A DNA stretch of 36,750 nt from Bugula neritina. Its lineage: Eukaryota > Animalia > Bryozoa. This document shows, one piece after another, positions 36,062-36,750 of this stretch (within the stretch, counting starts at the first letter, position 1; each line of letters starts with the position of its first letter). Below the pieces are notes generated by a model, which was given only the letters and a program-made list of their open reading frames with translations, was not told the DNA's origin and did no database searches. The stretch covers positions 1 through 36,750 of the forward strand of contig CAXIUT010000207.1 in NCBI GenBank assembly GCA_964035545.1, read 5' to 3'. The translations under genes and the position numbers were made by a program.

Positions 36062-36664
36062 ATTGAGTCAAATGACATCCCAAGAAAGATGGGAGCATTT
36101 ATAGTGCAGTCAAAGTGTTTGCTAACATCGGAATTTTGCTATATTTTAGCTATCTTTGCTATTTTTTATAAAATGAACACAAAAACAAGAGTTTCATCTA
36201 GGTTGGAACAACAAGCCAGATCCCTTAGATTTCCTCCAAATCAAGAGCTATCCTTGGGTAGAAACTACGGCTTGAGCAAAAGTTTGTCTGAGTCACAACT
36301 CAAGAGATAGGAGATCTCATGGATAGCTGGATGACTAACTTCAAGTCAAGAGACTCTACTGACTCAAAAAGCCCCAATCTCTACTTCTCATACTTTTCTC
36401 GGTCAGAATCAGAGTTTGAGAAGGAAATGTTAACTTTTTTTGGCATTGTCTCCGAAATGATGCACCAACAATTGCATTGGTTCTTCTTCATTTTTCAAAC
36501 TGAGAAATATGGACTCGAAAATCAATCTTCAGGTCAAGCAAAAGGTTCCCTCAACCAGTTAAAAGTCTTCTGATCTCTCACCTTTTCTTGTTAACTCTTT
36601 ATTATCATTGATCTTTAACTATTATTATGAATATTGTAAAACTGATAACTATGATAACAATTTG
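36051..36664 (+). repeat. Subtelomeric ~615-bp block, copy 2, directly upstream of Piwi
   Basis: Direct repeat of 31203-31818. Telomere is added at ...AACAATTT|GGGG. Confidence 0.95.
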
Positions 36665-36750
36665 GGGTTGGGGTTGGGGTTGGGGTTGGGGTTGGGGTTG
36701 GGGTTGGGGTTGGGGTTGGGGTTGGGGTTGGGGTTGGGGTTGGGGTTGGG
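36662..36750 (+). repeat. Right terminal telomere (TTGGGG)n
   Basis: About 89 nt of perfect repeats to the window end, ending TTGGG. Confidence 0.98.

Noticed and set aside
31325-36573. Composite 133-aa ORF built from complementary frameshifts in the two repeat copies
   Set aside because: Both indels are deletions in copy 2, which lies in a deletion-prone segment. Error is more parsimonious than a complementation system.

Overview
This is AT-rich eukaryotic DNA from a ciliate macronucleus. It has (C4A2)n telomeres, spliceosomal introns of about 20 nt, and a variant code in which TAA and TAG both encode glutamate and TGA is the only stop. That is the peritrich-type code (NCBI table 30), so the supplied standard-code ORF track is fragmented and misleading. 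A spasmin-like EF-hand gene also points to a peritrich (Vorticella-like) source. Four same-orientation G4T2 tracts divide the window into four segments. (A) 1-14111 is a complete telomere-to-telomere 14-kb minichromosome with about 8 genes: hypothetical, Nudix, a PI-PLC/Cys-rich/multi-TM fusion, spasmin, NEK, a small mitochondrial membrane protein, a pseudokinase and CFAP58. (B) 14112-30257 is a gene-dense arm with LITAF, Aurora-like kinase, tRNA-Ile, DPY30, IFT27, LYR, a degenerate penicillin-acylase-like protein, ARL3 and cyclin. (C) 30258-31979 and (D) 31980-36750 both end in the same ~615-bp subtelomeric block (about 98% identical). In D the block lies directly upstream of a full-length Piwi with a degenerate catalytic site. 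In C it lies upstream of a highly divergent, still-open ORF derived from the Piwi N-terminus, with the same intron. Identity between the copies collapses a few bases after the shared ATG. This Piwi / Piwi-derivative pair on a shared end cassette is the most unusual element. All translations and coordinates were read by hand.
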